Below are positions 22,578 through 32,680 of a stretch of DNA of 64,000 nucleotides, in pieces (position 1 is the first letter of the stretch; every line of letters begins with the position of its first letter). Under the pieces are notes generated by a model. That model was not told the origin of the DNA and searched no databases. It worked only from the letters and a program-made list of their open reading frames with translations. Origin of the DNA: Escherichia coli (GTDB lineage Bacteria; Pseudomonadota; Gammaproteobacteria; Enterobacterales; Enterobacteriaceae); the NCBI RefSeq assembly GCF_001677475.2, contig NZ_CP015229.1. One strand, 5' to 3'. The position numbers were made by a program, and so were the translations under genes.

Positions 22578-23456
22578 ATGGCAACCATTGCATTTCTCGG
22601 GCTGGGGCAGATGGGTAGCCCAATGGCTAACAATCTATTGCGAAAAGGGCATTCATTGCAGGTATTTGATGTCAATGCACAGGCCGTCGATGCGCTAGTT
22701 ACGCAGGGGGCCACTGCGGCACAAACCCCAGCGGAAGCGGCAGCAGGCGCTGAATTTATCATCACTATGCTTCCCAATGGTGACATTGTTCGACAGGTTC
22801 TGTTGGGGGAAAAAGGCGTCTGTGAGGCTGTTTCATCTGACGCGTTATTGATTGATATGTCGACTATTCATCCCTTACAGACCGATGCATTAATACGGGA
22901 GTTACAAGAAAAAGGCATCAGTATGATGGACGCCCCCGTGGGCAGAACATCCGTGAATGCGATTGATGGCACATTGCTGATTTTAGCGGGTGGCACTGAT
23001 GAGCAGATTGCGCGTGCACGCCCGATTCTCATGTGCATGGGTAATGAGCTGGTCGAGGCTGGCGGCCCAGGAATGGGGATCCGCGTGAAGCTAATTAACA
23101 ACTATATGAGCATTGCGCTTAATGCGCTGTCCTCCGAGGCCGCTGTGTTATGTGAGTCACTGGGATTAAATCTTGATGTCGCAATTAAGGTGATGAGTGG
23201 TACGGCAGCAGGGAAAGGACATTTTACGACCACCTGGCCTGGCAAAGTGCTGAAAGGCGATCTTTCACCCGCCTTCATGGTGGATCTGGCGTTGAAAGAT
23301 CTGCGTATTGCAGTTGACGTCGCTCGGGAGACGGGGGCACCGCTCAATATGGGGATTGCAGCAGAAAGTTATTACGCCGCAGCAAGTCAAGACGGCAAAG
23401 GGCGGCAGGACTGGAGCGCCCTGCTAAATCAGGTTCGCCAGCAGGCTGGTCTTTAA
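22578..23456 (+). CDS. NAD(P)-dependent beta-hydroxyacid dehydrogenase family reductase (YihU / GarR-like)
   Basis: 292 aa from ATG at 22578 with RBS CAGGAGAG; dinucleotide fold [13 protein letters not shown]; ORF track start 22377 overlaps the divergent gene and is rejected. Confidence 0.85.
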   Translation: MATIAFLGLGQMGSPMANNLLRKGHSLQVFDVNAQAVDALVTQGATAAQTPAEAAAGAEFIITMLPNGDIVRQVLLGEKGVCEAVSSDALLIDMSTIHPLQTDALIRELQEKGISMMDAPVGRTSVNAIDGTLLILAGGTDEQIARARPILMCMGNELVEAGGPGMGIRVKLINNYMSIALNALSSEAAVLCESLGLNLDVAIKVMSGTAAGKGHFTTTWPGKVLKGDLSPAFMVDLALKDLRIAVDVARETGAPLNMGIAAESYYAAASQDGKGRQDWSALLNQVRQQAGL

Positions 23457-23480
23457 TTTTATCTATTAACAGGAGTTTCT

Positions 23481-24368
23481 ATGTCATCCCACTTCACCCC
23501 ATTTACGCTGAAAGATATCTCCCGCCCAGGTGGTGGATTCGCCATGTTAGCTGTCGATCAGCGTGAGGCCATGCGCCTGATGTTTGCGGCAGCAGGGCAG
23601 CCCAAACCCATCGCCGACAGTGTACTCACCGATTTTAAAGTTGCCGCGACCCGAATCCTTTCTCCTTATGCTTCTGCCGTTCTGGCGGATAAACAATTTT
23701 GTCTTGAGCAAATAGTCGAGCAGGGCGCTGTTGCTAATTCTTGCGGCCTGATTGTCGCTGCCGATCTTTTTATCCCAGGTAATGGCATCCCGGTTGATAG
23801 CGTTGAAATAGATATGTCCGTCGACCCGCATAAAGCCCGTGAAATGGGGGCTAAGGCAATGAAATTACTTGTACTCTGGCGTGAAGATGAACCCGCAGAG
23901 GAACGTCTGGCAATGGTTGATAAATTTGTTCGTCGCTGCCGTAGTGCCGGACTGGTTAGCATTATTGAACCTGTGGTGCGTCCACCTCGTCGCGGTTGGG
24001 ACTTTGATCGTGAAAGCGCCATTGCCGCGGCCGCCGCAGAGCTTGGTGGAACAGAGGCTGATCTTTACAAAGCCGAGATGCCATTAGGGGGCAAAGGCGA
24101 TGAAAAAACCTTACTTGCCGCCTGTCAGCAACTTAACGATCAGATGAAGATGCCGTGGGTAATTCTTTCTTCTGGCGTTGATGCCGATATTTTTGGCCGT
24201 GCAGTAAGTATTGCCATGAAAGGTGGGGCGTCGGGCTTCCTGGCTGGACGAGCGGTTTGGGCGTCGGTTGTTGGTGCACAAGATCCACAAACTATGCTGC
24301 GCGATGTCTCCGTTCCACGCTTGCAACGGCTGGCTGAAATTGTCGATGAAGGTATCGCGCAACGCTAA
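23481..24368 (+). CDS. Class I aldolase family protein (YihT / sulfofructosephosphate-aldolase-like)
   Basis: 295 aa; shares blocks [45 protein letters not shown] with K-12 YihT as I remember it. Confidence 0.85.
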   Translation: MSSHFTPFTLKDISRPGGGFAMLAVDQREAMRLMFAAAGQPKPIADSVLTDFKVAATRILSPYASAVLADKQFCLEQIVEQGAVANSCGLIVAADLFIPGNGIPVDSVEIDMSVDPHKAREMGAKAMKLLVLWREDEPAEERLAMVDKFVRRCRSAGLVSIIEPVVRPPRRGWDFDRESAIAAAAAELGGTEADLYKAEMPLGGKGDEKTLLAACQQLNDQMKMPWVILSSGVDADIFGRAVSIAMKGGASGFLAGRAVWASVVGAQDPQTMLRDVSVPRLQRLAEIVDEGIAQR

Positions 24369-24400
24369 TCCCCTATGGATATCGATTCTGGAGAATAACA

Positions 24401-25411
24401 ATGGATAAAAGTACCCAGGTTTTATTTTCAGATATTGGGAAAGTCACCACTCAATATGTTGAAGTACCACACCAGGAACTTAAACCGCACGAAGTGCGGA
24501 TTGCGCCTGTGTTCTATGGGATATGCGGTTCGGATCTGCATGTTCTGAAAGGCGGTCATCCGTTTGCCAAACCACCTGTCGTCCCCGGTCATGAAATTGC
24601 AGCGCGCGTTGCGGAAGTTGGCAGCGACGTTAAAAATGTACAGCCGGGCGATCATGTTGTGGTCGATCCCATCATGGCTTGCATGGAATGCCGAGCCTGC
24701 AAAGCAGGACGTTTTAATCTTTGTGAACCACCGCAGGTTGCTGGTTTTCGCGCACCGGGCTTTGCTCGCTCACAACACATTGTTCCTGCGCGTAATTGCC
24801 ATGTCGCACCAGCCTCTTTACCGCTAAAAGTGTTAGCCTTTGCCGAACCGGCGGCTTGTGCTCGTCACTGCGTTAACCGAATGCCGAAAGCTTCTCTGGA
24901 AAGCGTACTGGTGATTGGTGCCGGAACGATAGGCTTATCCATCGTGCAGGCACTGCGCATTATGGGGGCAGGTAAGATTACCGTGATTGAACCTGACGCT
25001 GCCAAACGCGCGCTGGCGTTAAAGCTGGGCGCAGCAGAAGTTTGGGCACCAGGTGAGCTGGCCGCAGATGTGCGATTTACGGGGGCGATTGATGTCGTTG
25101 CAGCGCAGGCCACGCTTAACGATGCATGTACCCGTGTATATGCCGGAGGCACCGTCGTGTGCATGGGCGTACCAAGTGGGCCGCGTGAAATACCATTACC
25201 TATGATGCAACGTTTCGAGCGTGACTTGCTCAACTCTGGCATGTACATCCCTGAAGATTTCGATGCTGTTATCGAATGGCTGGCGGATGGGCGGTTTGAT
25301 ACCAGTGAACTGGTTACCGATTTATTTGCCATTGAGGATGCAGCGGCGGCATTCGAACGCGCGCAGCAAAATGACTCCATAAAGGTCATGCTGCAATTTG
25401 CGCCGGAATGA
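24401..25411 (+). CDS. Zn-dependent medium-chain dehydrogenase (polyol / sorbitol-dehydrogenase-like)
   Basis: 336 aa; catalytic-Zn Cys (GICGSDLHV), GHE motif (PGHEIAARV), structural-Zn C-x2-C-x2-C-x7-C (CMECRACKAGRFNLC), NAD site GAGTIGL. Confidence 0.85.
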   Translation: MDKSTQVLFSDIGKVTTQYVEVPHQELKPHEVRIAPVFYGICGSDLHVLKGGHPFAKPPVVPGHEIAARVAEVGSDVKNVQPGDHVVVDPIMACMECRACKAGRFNLCEPPQVAGFRAPGFARSQHIVPARNCHVAPASLPLKVLAFAEPAACARHCVNRMPKASLESVLVIGAGTIGLSIVQALRIMGAGKITVIEPDAAKRALALKLGAAEVWAPGELAADVRFTGAIDVVAAQATLNDACTRVYAGGTVVCMGVPSGPREIPLPMMQRFERDLLNSGMYIPEDFDAVIEWLADGRFDTSELVTDLFAIEDAAAAFERAQQNDSIKVMLQFAPE

Positions 25412-25480
25412 TTTTCTAAATCTCTGTCTGGCGCTGCGTCACGTCAGCGCCACCCTACAACAATTAAAAAGGACACTGCG

Positions 25481-26914
25481 ATGAGTCAAATCACCAGTCC
25501 TGCAACTTATTCAATTAGTCGGCCACAGGACGTAATTGATATTGTTAATAAGAACTCTGCAATCAACACCAGTATCGGCGTTATTTTTATTGCTTTGGGC
25601 GGCATATTGATTGATGCCTACCAGGCGGCGATGGTGGGGTTTGGTAATAAATACATTGCCGCTCAATTCGGCATTTCGCCGGGTCTTGCTGCAACCGTCA
25701 ATGCATCAGTATTAATCGCCGCGTTAATTGGCGGTTTATTAGCGAACCGAGTAATAAACCGCTTTGGGCAAAAGCGGGCATTTATTATTGGCATGGGGCT
25801 GTGCACCATCGGTGCTGCAGCGGTAGCTATTGCTCCCAGTATCTGGTGGGTGCTGGTGTGCCGCGTCATCATGGGCTTTGGTTTAGGCATCGACTTCCCT
25901 TTGGCAACCAATGCCGTGGCAGAGCTTCGTGGTTCAACGTCGAAGAAAACCGGAACGTCGGTCAACCTCTGGCAAATGGCCTGGTATGTTTCGACAACCG
26001 TTGTTTATTTGGTGCTTTTGCCGCTGCTTCTGTCGGGTATCGCTGAAGAACAATTGTGGCGTTACGGAATATTCATCGGAGCTATTTTTGCAGTCATCTT
26101 CATGATTTTGCGTTACTTCTTTATTGGTGAATCCGCAATGTGGGCTGCACGCGTCGGGCGTTACCAGGAAGCGTGCGACATTCTGGGAAAACGTTATGGT
26201 GTTCAGGCTCGCGTTGCGGCATCGGGTACAACAGAAGCGAAATTCTCGGAAAAAGCAGAGAATAAATACAGTGGTGGATATGGCATCTTATTTAATGATC
26301 GTTACCGCAAACGCACCATTCTTGGTTGTGTCGTGGCAACCATGCAGGCGTGGCAATATAACGCCGTAGGTGTTTATCTTCCTCTTACGTTGGCGGGAAT
26401 AATAAGTGGCGGGCTTACTGGCGCGTTGACCGGTTCTGCCGTCGTGAATGCCCTTTGTGGGGTGACAGGTGGGATGATCGGCTCGTTTATTCTCCAACGA
26501 CTGGGTACTCGCCGACAGTCGATGTATGGATTTGCTGTTGTGACCTTAGCATTGCTGTCGTTAGGCGCACTGGCAACGACTAATCCCTGGCTGTCTTTAG
26601 GGTTATTGGGATCAATTATTTTCTTCCATTCAGCGGGTCCTGGTGGGCTGGGCATGACCATTGCCACACTCTCTTATCCTCCCGCTATTCGTCCTACTGG
26701 GGTCGGATTTGCCCGCGCTATTATGCGCACAGGGGCAATTGCAGGACTCATTTTCTGGCCGATGCTGTGGGGTACGTTGAAAACTGAAGCGTTTTATTGG
26801 TTGGCAATTGTGCCATTCCTGGGGTTCCTGACCTGCGTATTGATTAATTGGGAACCTTTGGGAGCAAATGTTGATGCTGAGGATGCAGAGGTTCTGGCTG
26901 AATTGAAGAAATAA
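25481..26914 (+). CDS. MFS transporter (sugar / metabolite:H+ symporter-like)
   Basis: 477 aa; 12 predicted TM segments; MFS motif-A-like NRFGQKRA. Confidence 0.85.
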   Translation: MSQITSPATYSISRPQDVIDIVNKNSAINTSIGVIFIALGGILIDAYQAAMVGFGNKYIAAQFGISPGLAATVNASVLIAALIGGLLANRVINRFGQKRAFIIGMGLCTIGAAAVAIAPSIWWVLVCRVIMGFGLGIDFPLATNAVAELRGSTSKKTGTSVNLWQMAWYVSTTVVYLVLLPLLLSGIAEEQLWRYGIFIGAIFAVIFMILRYFFIGESAMWAARVGRYQEACDILGKRYGVQARVAASGTTEAKFSEKAENKYSGGYGILFNDRYRKRTILGCVVATMQAWQYNAVGVYLPLTLAGIISGGLTGALTGSAVVNALCGVTGGMIGSFILQRLGTRRQSMYGFAVVTLALLSLGALATTNPWLSLGLLGSIIFFHSAGPGGLGMTIATLSYPPAIRPTGVGFARAIMRTGAIAGLIFWPMLWGTLKTEAFYWLAIVPFLGFLTCVLINWEPLGANVDAEDAEVLAELKK

Positions 26915-26951
26915 ATTAATGCGCATCGGCTTAAACCGATGCGCATTAATT
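26915..26951. other. Perfect 15-bp inverted repeat between the two transporter genes
   Basis: aattaatgcgcatcgg cttaaa ccgatgcgcattaatt; no following T-run. Confidence 0.6.
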
Positions 26952-27012
26952 CAAACTGCCCACGTTTAGTGGTTCGTATCCCAGATTTCTCGCCTACCAG
27001 GAGAGGAAAATT

Positions 27013-28362
27013 ATGTCTGAAAAGTTACCCGCACCGCGTGAAGGGCTTTCCGGTAAAGCCATGAGACGTGTCGTTATGGGCAGTTTCGCAGGCGCGTTAA
27101 TGGAATGGTATGACTTCTTTATTTTTGGCACGGCAGCAGGACTGGTATTTGCACCGCTGTTTTATCCAGACAGCGATCCTTTTATAGGTCTTATAGCTTC
27201 CTTTGCGACCTTTGGTGTCGGTTTTCTGACTCGTCCTTTAGGTGGCATCGTCTTTGGTCATTTTGGCGATAAAATCGGGCGAAAAATAACACTTATCTGG
27301 ACGCTGGCTATTGTCGGTTGCTCCACATTTTTGATTGGTTTTATTCCGACGTATCAGGAAATTGGCATTTGGGCACCGCTTGTATTAATGGTGCTGCGTT
27401 TGATTCAGGGCTTTGGTCTTGGTGGCGAGTACGGCGGAGCGGCATTGATGACCATAGAATCAGCGCCCGAATCCCGACGCGGATTTTTAGGTTCACTCCC
27501 GCAAACGGCTGCGTCTGTGGGTATTATGCTGGCAACCGGTATTTTTGCTCTCTGTAACCATTTTCTTACTTCGGAGCAGTTTCTCTCCTGGGGATGGCGC
27601 ATTCCGTTTTGGCTTTCTGCGGTGATGTTGATCGTTGGGCTGTTTATCCGCCTGCATACCGAAGAAACGCTGGATTTTCAAAAGCAAAAAACGACGAATA
27701 ATAAAGAAAAGTCCGTTCCTCCGTTGATTGAATTATTCAAAAAACATCCACGAAATATTTTATTGGCACTGGGTGCGAGGCTGGCGGAAAGTGTCTCCTC
27801 TAATATTATTAACGCCTTTGGTATTGTCTATATTTCCAGCCAATTAGCATTGTCGCGAGATATTCCCCTGACGGGTATGTTGATTGCCTCGGCGATCGGT
27901 ATTTTCAGTTGTCCATTGGTTGGATGGTTATCAGATCGTATAGGTCAAAAAAGTCTGTATTTGTCGGGAGCAGGATTTTGTGTCCTGTTCGCGTTTCCTT
28001 TCTTCTTATTACTGGATAGCAAAAGTACGCTCATCATCTGGTGCAGTATGATCCTCGGCTACAACTTAGGTCCGACGATGATGTTTGCCGTGCAGCCAAC
28101 ACTTTTCACCCGCATGTTCGGTACCAAAGTACGATATACCGGCCTTTCTTTTGCTTATCAATTTTCCGCGATTCTTGGCGGACTAAGCCCCCTTATCGCC
28201 TCAAGTTTGCTGGCGCTAGGGGGAGGAAAACCGTGGTATGTCGCTCTGTTTTTATTTGCTGTCTCAGTTCTTTCCTTTGTTTGCGTCTGGCTGATTGAGC
28301 CGACCGATGAACAAGAAACCGCTTCTTACCGCTACATCAGGGAACAATCTCATGAAAACTGA
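27013..28362 (+). CDS. MFS transporter, metabolite:H+ symporter (MHS) family
   Basis: 449 aa; MHS-type motifs GHFGDKIGRK and GGEYGGAALM. Confidence 0.85.
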   Translation: MSEKLPAPREGLSGKAMRRVVMGSFAGALMEWYDFFIFGTAAGLVFAPLFYPDSDPFIGLIASFATFGVGFLTRPLGGIVFGHFGDKIGRKITLIWTLAIVGCSTFLIGFIPTYQEIGIWAPLVLMVLRLIQGFGLGGEYGGAALMTIESAPESRRGFLGSLPQTAASVGIMLATGIFALCNHFLTSEQFLSWGWRIPFWLSAVMLIVGLFIRLHTEETLDFQKQKTTNNKEKSVPPLIELFKKHPRNILLALGARLAESVSSNIINAFGIVYISSQLALSRDIPLTGMLIASAIGIFSCPLVGWLSDRIGQKSLYLSGAGFCVLFAFPFFLLLDSKSTLIIWCSMILGYNLGPTMMFAVQPTLFTRMFGTKVRYTGLSFAYQFSAILGGLSPLIASSLLALGGGKPWYVALFLFAVSVLSFVCVWLIEPTDEQETASYRYIREQSHEN

Positions 28363-29239
28363 ACGAAAAAACGAGCATTACCTGGCGCTACAACAGGCGT
28401 TTGACGCGCCATGGCCTGGGCCTGTAGGAGAGTTAGTGACGCTGGAAAAAGGCAATATTCACCTGCAGATTTATCCGCATGATGGTGCCAGGATAACCTC
28501 GTTAAAGGCATTTGGTTCTGAAGTATTACGCCAATGGCAGCCGCAGCGCAGAGCTTTTCAGTATGGCTGTTTCCCAATGGTGCCGTGGGCAGGGCGACTG
28601 GGGAATGCGACGCTGAATGCTGGTGGGCAATGTTATTCTTTACCCGCCAATAAACCACCACATGCGTTGCATGGTATGGCTTGTTACTCAACGTGGGAAA
28701 TCATCGACAAAACAATAGATTCCCTGACTTTACGTATGCCCCTGGCTTCACCGTGGCCCTGGCAAGGGGAAGTGATTCAGACTTTTTTGCTGGAGAACGA
28801 TGCGCTGGTTTTGCAACTGGAAATCCATTCACATACCGATACATTCCCGGCCTCTGCAGGCTGGCATCCGTGGTTTGCGAAAAAGCTGACTCCGCAAAAT
28901 ACAGAATCGTTGCAGGTGCTTTTTGATGCGGACTGGCAAGAGGAAGCGGGTAGTGATGAACTGCCAACTGGAAATCGCATCTCTCCTCAAGCTGGTCCCT
29001 GGGATGACTGTTTTGGTTTTTATGACGGGGTGAAGGTTAAGTTACTGTGGCCTGGTAAACTCACGATGACCATGACCTCTTCTGCAAACAGTCTGGTGGT
29101 ATTTGATAAACAGCCCGATGCCACCTGTGTTAATCCGCTTACTCAGGCACCTAACGCAATAAATCTAACGCCGGAATTGGTGACATCAGATAAGCCGCTG
29201 GTCATCGAAACTCGTTGGCAATTTACACCTGAATCTTAA
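28352..29239 (+). CDS. Aldose 1-epimerase (mutarotase) family protein (YihR-like)
   Basis: 295 aa from ATG at 28352 (MKTERKNEHY...) with RBS AGGGA; overlaps the upstream transporter by 11 nt; the 28295 TTG start is less likely. Confidence 0.8.
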   Translation: MKTERKNEHYLALQQAFDAPWPGPVGELVTLEKGNIHLQIYPHDGARITSLKAFGSEVLRQWQPQRRAFQYGCFPMVPWAGRLGNATLNAGGQCYSLPANKPPHALHGMACYSTWEIIDKTIDSLTLRMPLASPWPWQGEVIQTFLLENDALVLQLEIHSHTDTFPASAGWHPWFAKKLTPQNTESLQVLFDADWQEEAGSDELPTGNRISPQAGPWDDCFGFYDGVKVKLLWPGKLTMTMTSSANSLVVFDKQPDATCVNPLTQAPNAINLTPELVTSDKPLVIETRWQFTPES

Positions 29240-29249
29240 CCATTCATCT

Positions 29250-29290
29250 ATTGCGAAAAAGCCAGTGAAATTACTCTGCTTTTTCGCAAT
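29250..29290 (+). terminator. Strong hairpin downstream of the epimerase gene
   Basis: attgcgaaaaagc cagtgaaattactct gctttttcgcaat (13-bp perfect stem); no clean T-run. Confidence 0.5.
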
Positions 29291-29379
29291 CAGCATCACA
29301 AGATTACCCTTATTGCCACATAGCCAAACCCATCCTTTCCCGCTACAGTTAATTTCTTGTGGCGCGAAAGGAGGCAAAA

Positions 29380-29979
29380 ATGCTCTATATCTTTGATTTA
29401 GGTAATGTGATTGTCGATATCGACTTTAACCGTGTGCTGGGAGCCTGGAGCGATTTAACGCGTATTCCGCTGGCATCTCTTAAGAAGAGTTTTCATATGG
29501 GGGAGGCGTTTCATCAGCATGAGCGTGGGGAAATTAGCGACGAAGCGTTCGCAGAGGCGCTGTGTCATGAGATGGCTCTACCGCTAAGCTACGAGCAGTT
29601 CTCCCACGGTTGGCAGGCAGTGTTTGTCGCGCTGCGCCCGGAAGTGATCGCCATCATGCATAAACTGCGTGAGCAGGGGCATCGCGTGGTGGTGCTTTCC
29701 AATACCAACCGCCTGCATACCACCTTCTGGCCGGAAGAATACCCGGAAATTCGTGATGCTGCTGACCATATCTATCTGTCGCAAGATCTGGGGATGCGCA
29801 AACCTGAAGCACGAATTTACCAGCATGTTTTGCAGGCGGAAGGTTTTTCACCCAGCGATACGGTCTTTTTCGACGATAACGCCGATAATATAGAAGGAGC
29901 CAATCAGCTGGGCATTACCAGCATTCTGGTGAAAGATAAAACCACCATCCCGGACTATTTCGCGAAGGTGTTATGCTAA
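29380..29979 (+). CDS. yihX: HAD-family alpha-D-glucose-1-phosphate phosphatase YihX
   Basis: 199 aa from ATG at 29380 with RBS AAAGGAGG; HAD motif I FDLGNV. Confidence 0.9.
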
Positions 29980-30845
29980 AAACCATTCAGGACAAAGCCA
30001 GGCACCGTACCCGTCCACTATGGGCCTGGCTAAAACTACTCTGGCAACGCATTGATGAGGACAACATGACAACCCTGGCAGGTAACCTTGCCTATGTGTC
30101 GTTGCTCTCATTAGTGCCGCTGGTTGCCGTTGTTTTTGCGCTTTTCGCCGCTTTTCCCATGTTTTCCGACGTCAGCATTCAGTTGCGTCACTTTATTTTT
30201 GCCAACTTTCTGCCTGCTACTGGCGATGTTATTCAGCGGTATATCGAACAATTTGTTGCCAATTCCAACAAGATGACCGCCGTTGGCGCGTGCGGGCTGA
30301 TCGTCACAGCGCTATTGTTGATGTACTCCATCGATAGCGCGTTGAATACCATCTGGCGCAGTAAACGAGCGCGACCAAAAATTTACTCGTTTGCCGTGTA
30401 CTGGATGATTTTAACGCTGGGGCCGCTGCTGGCAGGGGCCAGTCTGGCGATCAGTTCCTATTTGCTCTCCCTGCGCTGGGCGAGCGATCTCAATACTGTC
30501 ATCGACAACGTGCTGCGTATTTTTCCGTTGCTGTTGTCGTGGATCTCCTTCTGGTTGCTGTACAGCATTGTTCCTACCATCCGCGTACCTAACCGCGACG
30601 CGATTGTCGGCGCGTTTGTCGCCGCGCTCCTGTTCGAAGCAGGAAAGAAAGGTTTCGCGCTTTATATCACCATGTTCCCGTCATATCAGCTCATTTACGG
30701 TGTGCTGGCGGTGATCCCCATTCTCTTCGTCTGGGTCTACTGGACATGGTGTATCGTCTTGCTTGGCGCGGAAATTACTGTCACTCTCGGGGAATACCGC
30801 AAACTAAAACAAGCTGCTGAACAAGAAGAAGACGACGAACCATGA
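29973..30845 (+). CDS. yihY: BrkB/YihY-family inner-membrane protein
   Basis: 290 aa; multiple TM segments; overlaps yihX stop. Confidence 0.9.
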
Positions 30846-31279
30846 TTGCATTAATTCAACGCGTAACCCGTGCCAGCGTCACCGTGGAGGGAGAAGTGAC
30901 GGGCGAAATTGGCGCGGGACTTTTGGTGTTATTGGGTGTCGAAAAGGATGACGACGAACAGAAAGCAAACCGTCTGTGCGAGCGTGTGCTCGGCTACCGC
31001 ATCTTTAGCGATGCCGAAGGCAAGATGAATCTCAACGTGCAACAGGCGGGCGGCAGTGTACTGGTGGTTTCCCAGTTTACCCTCGCCGCAGATACCGAAC
31101 GGGGGATGCGCCCAAGTTTCTCCAAAGGCGCATCACCGGATCGCGCAGAGGCGTTATATGACTATTTCGTCGAACGCTGCCGCCAGCAAGAGATGAACAC
31201 GCAAACAGGACGCTTCGCTGCCGATATGCAAGTATCGCTGGTCAATGATGGCCCCGTGACATTCTGGTTGCAGGTATGA
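30842..31279 (+). CDS. dtd: D-aminoacyl-tRNA deacylase
   Basis: 145 aa; matches Dtd; ATGA overlap with yihY. Confidence 0.95.
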
Positions 31280-32265
31280 GCCAGCTTCCAGGGTTGTCAC
31301 GGGAAACAAGAGAGAGTATCGCTATGTATCACCTTCGGGTTCCACAAACAGAAGAAGAATTAGAGCGTTACTATCAGTTTCGCTGGGAAATGTTGCGTAA
31401 GCCCCTGCATCAACCAAAAGGTTCGGAACGCGACGCGTGGGATGCGATGGCGCATCACCAGATGGTCGTCGACGAGCAGGGTAATTTGGTGGCAGTAGGG
31501 CGGCTGTATATTAATGCCGACAATGAAGCGTCCATTCGCTTTATGGCCGTTCATCCCGACGTGCAGGACAAAGGGCTAGGAACGCTGATGGCGATGACCC
31601 TGGAGTCGGTGGCGCGTCAGGAAGGCGTTAAGCGCGTGACCTGTAGCGCCCGTGAAGACGCGGTGGAGTTTTTCGCCAAGCTGGGTTTTGTTAATCAGGG
31701 AGAAATCACCACGCCAACCACCACGCCGATTCGCCATTTTTTGATGATTAAACCTGTCGCCACTCTGGATGATATTTTGCATCGCGGCGACTGGTGCGCG
31801 CAGCTGCAACAGGCGTGGTACGAACATATCCCGCTAAGCGAAAAAATGGGCGTGCGCATTCAACAATATACCGGGCAAAAATTTATCACTACCATGCCAG
31901 AAACCGGCAATCAGAATCCGCACCATACGCTGTTTGCCGGGAGTTTATTCTCACTGGCAACGCTCACCGGTTGGGGGCTTATCTGGCTGATGCTGCGCGA
32001 ACGCCATCTCGGCGGAACGATTATTCTGGCGGATGCGCATATCCGCTACAGCAAGCCGATTAGCGGTAAACCTCATGCGGTAGCCGACCTTGGTGCCTTA
32101 AGCGGCGATCTCGACCGTCTGGCGCGCGGACGAAAAGCACGGGTGCAGATGCAAGTAGAAATCTTTGGCGACGAGACGCCGGGTGCAGTGTTTGAAGGCA
32201 CGTATATCGTTCTGCCCGCGAAGCCATTTGGCCCGTATGAAGAGGGCGGGAACGAAGAAGAGTAG
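31276..32265 (+). CDS. yiiD: GNAT acetyltransferase / hotdog thioesterase fusion protein YiiD
   Basis: 329 aa; overlaps dtd stop. Confidence 0.9.
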
Positions 32266-32270
32266 CTGAT

Positions 32271-32302
32271 GGAGAGGGGCGGTGTAGCCTCTCTCATTTT
32301 TT
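32271..32302 (+). terminator. Rho-independent terminator after yiiD
   Basis: ggagaggggcggtgtagcctctctc followed by a T-run. Confidence 0.6.
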
Positions 32303-32680
32303 CAGGTCATTTACATTAGCCTCTGACTATTCCGGTTATATTGAATAAGAACTCTATTAATTTTTATTCTTCGTTGGCACCATACGTGTCTTGCTACATC
32401 ACTGTTCAGGAGCATTTAAATATTATTTGTAGAGGTGAGTGGCAATTATCGCCGATAATGCTTAATTCATCATCTTACTTCAGGTTTGAGCGATTTTTGA
32501 TAGTCAAAACCCCCTATGGTGCCATACTTTTCTCATAAATATTTTTAAAATCTATAGCTAACTAACATTATGCAAAGATAATGGGCTGGCACCATTGTCA
32601 GTATCATTCATTTACTGCTTCTAGATGTTGTAAATAATTATGTTGTATGTTTGCTCTTAAACCGTGGGAAGGAGGCTGTA

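Noticed and set aside
32341-32538. 65-aa ORF upstream of the phosphatase gene, considered as a possible secretion chaperone
   Set aside because: Too short and hydrophobic or low-complexity for a typical type-III chaperone, and no RBS; probably AT-rich promoter sequence.
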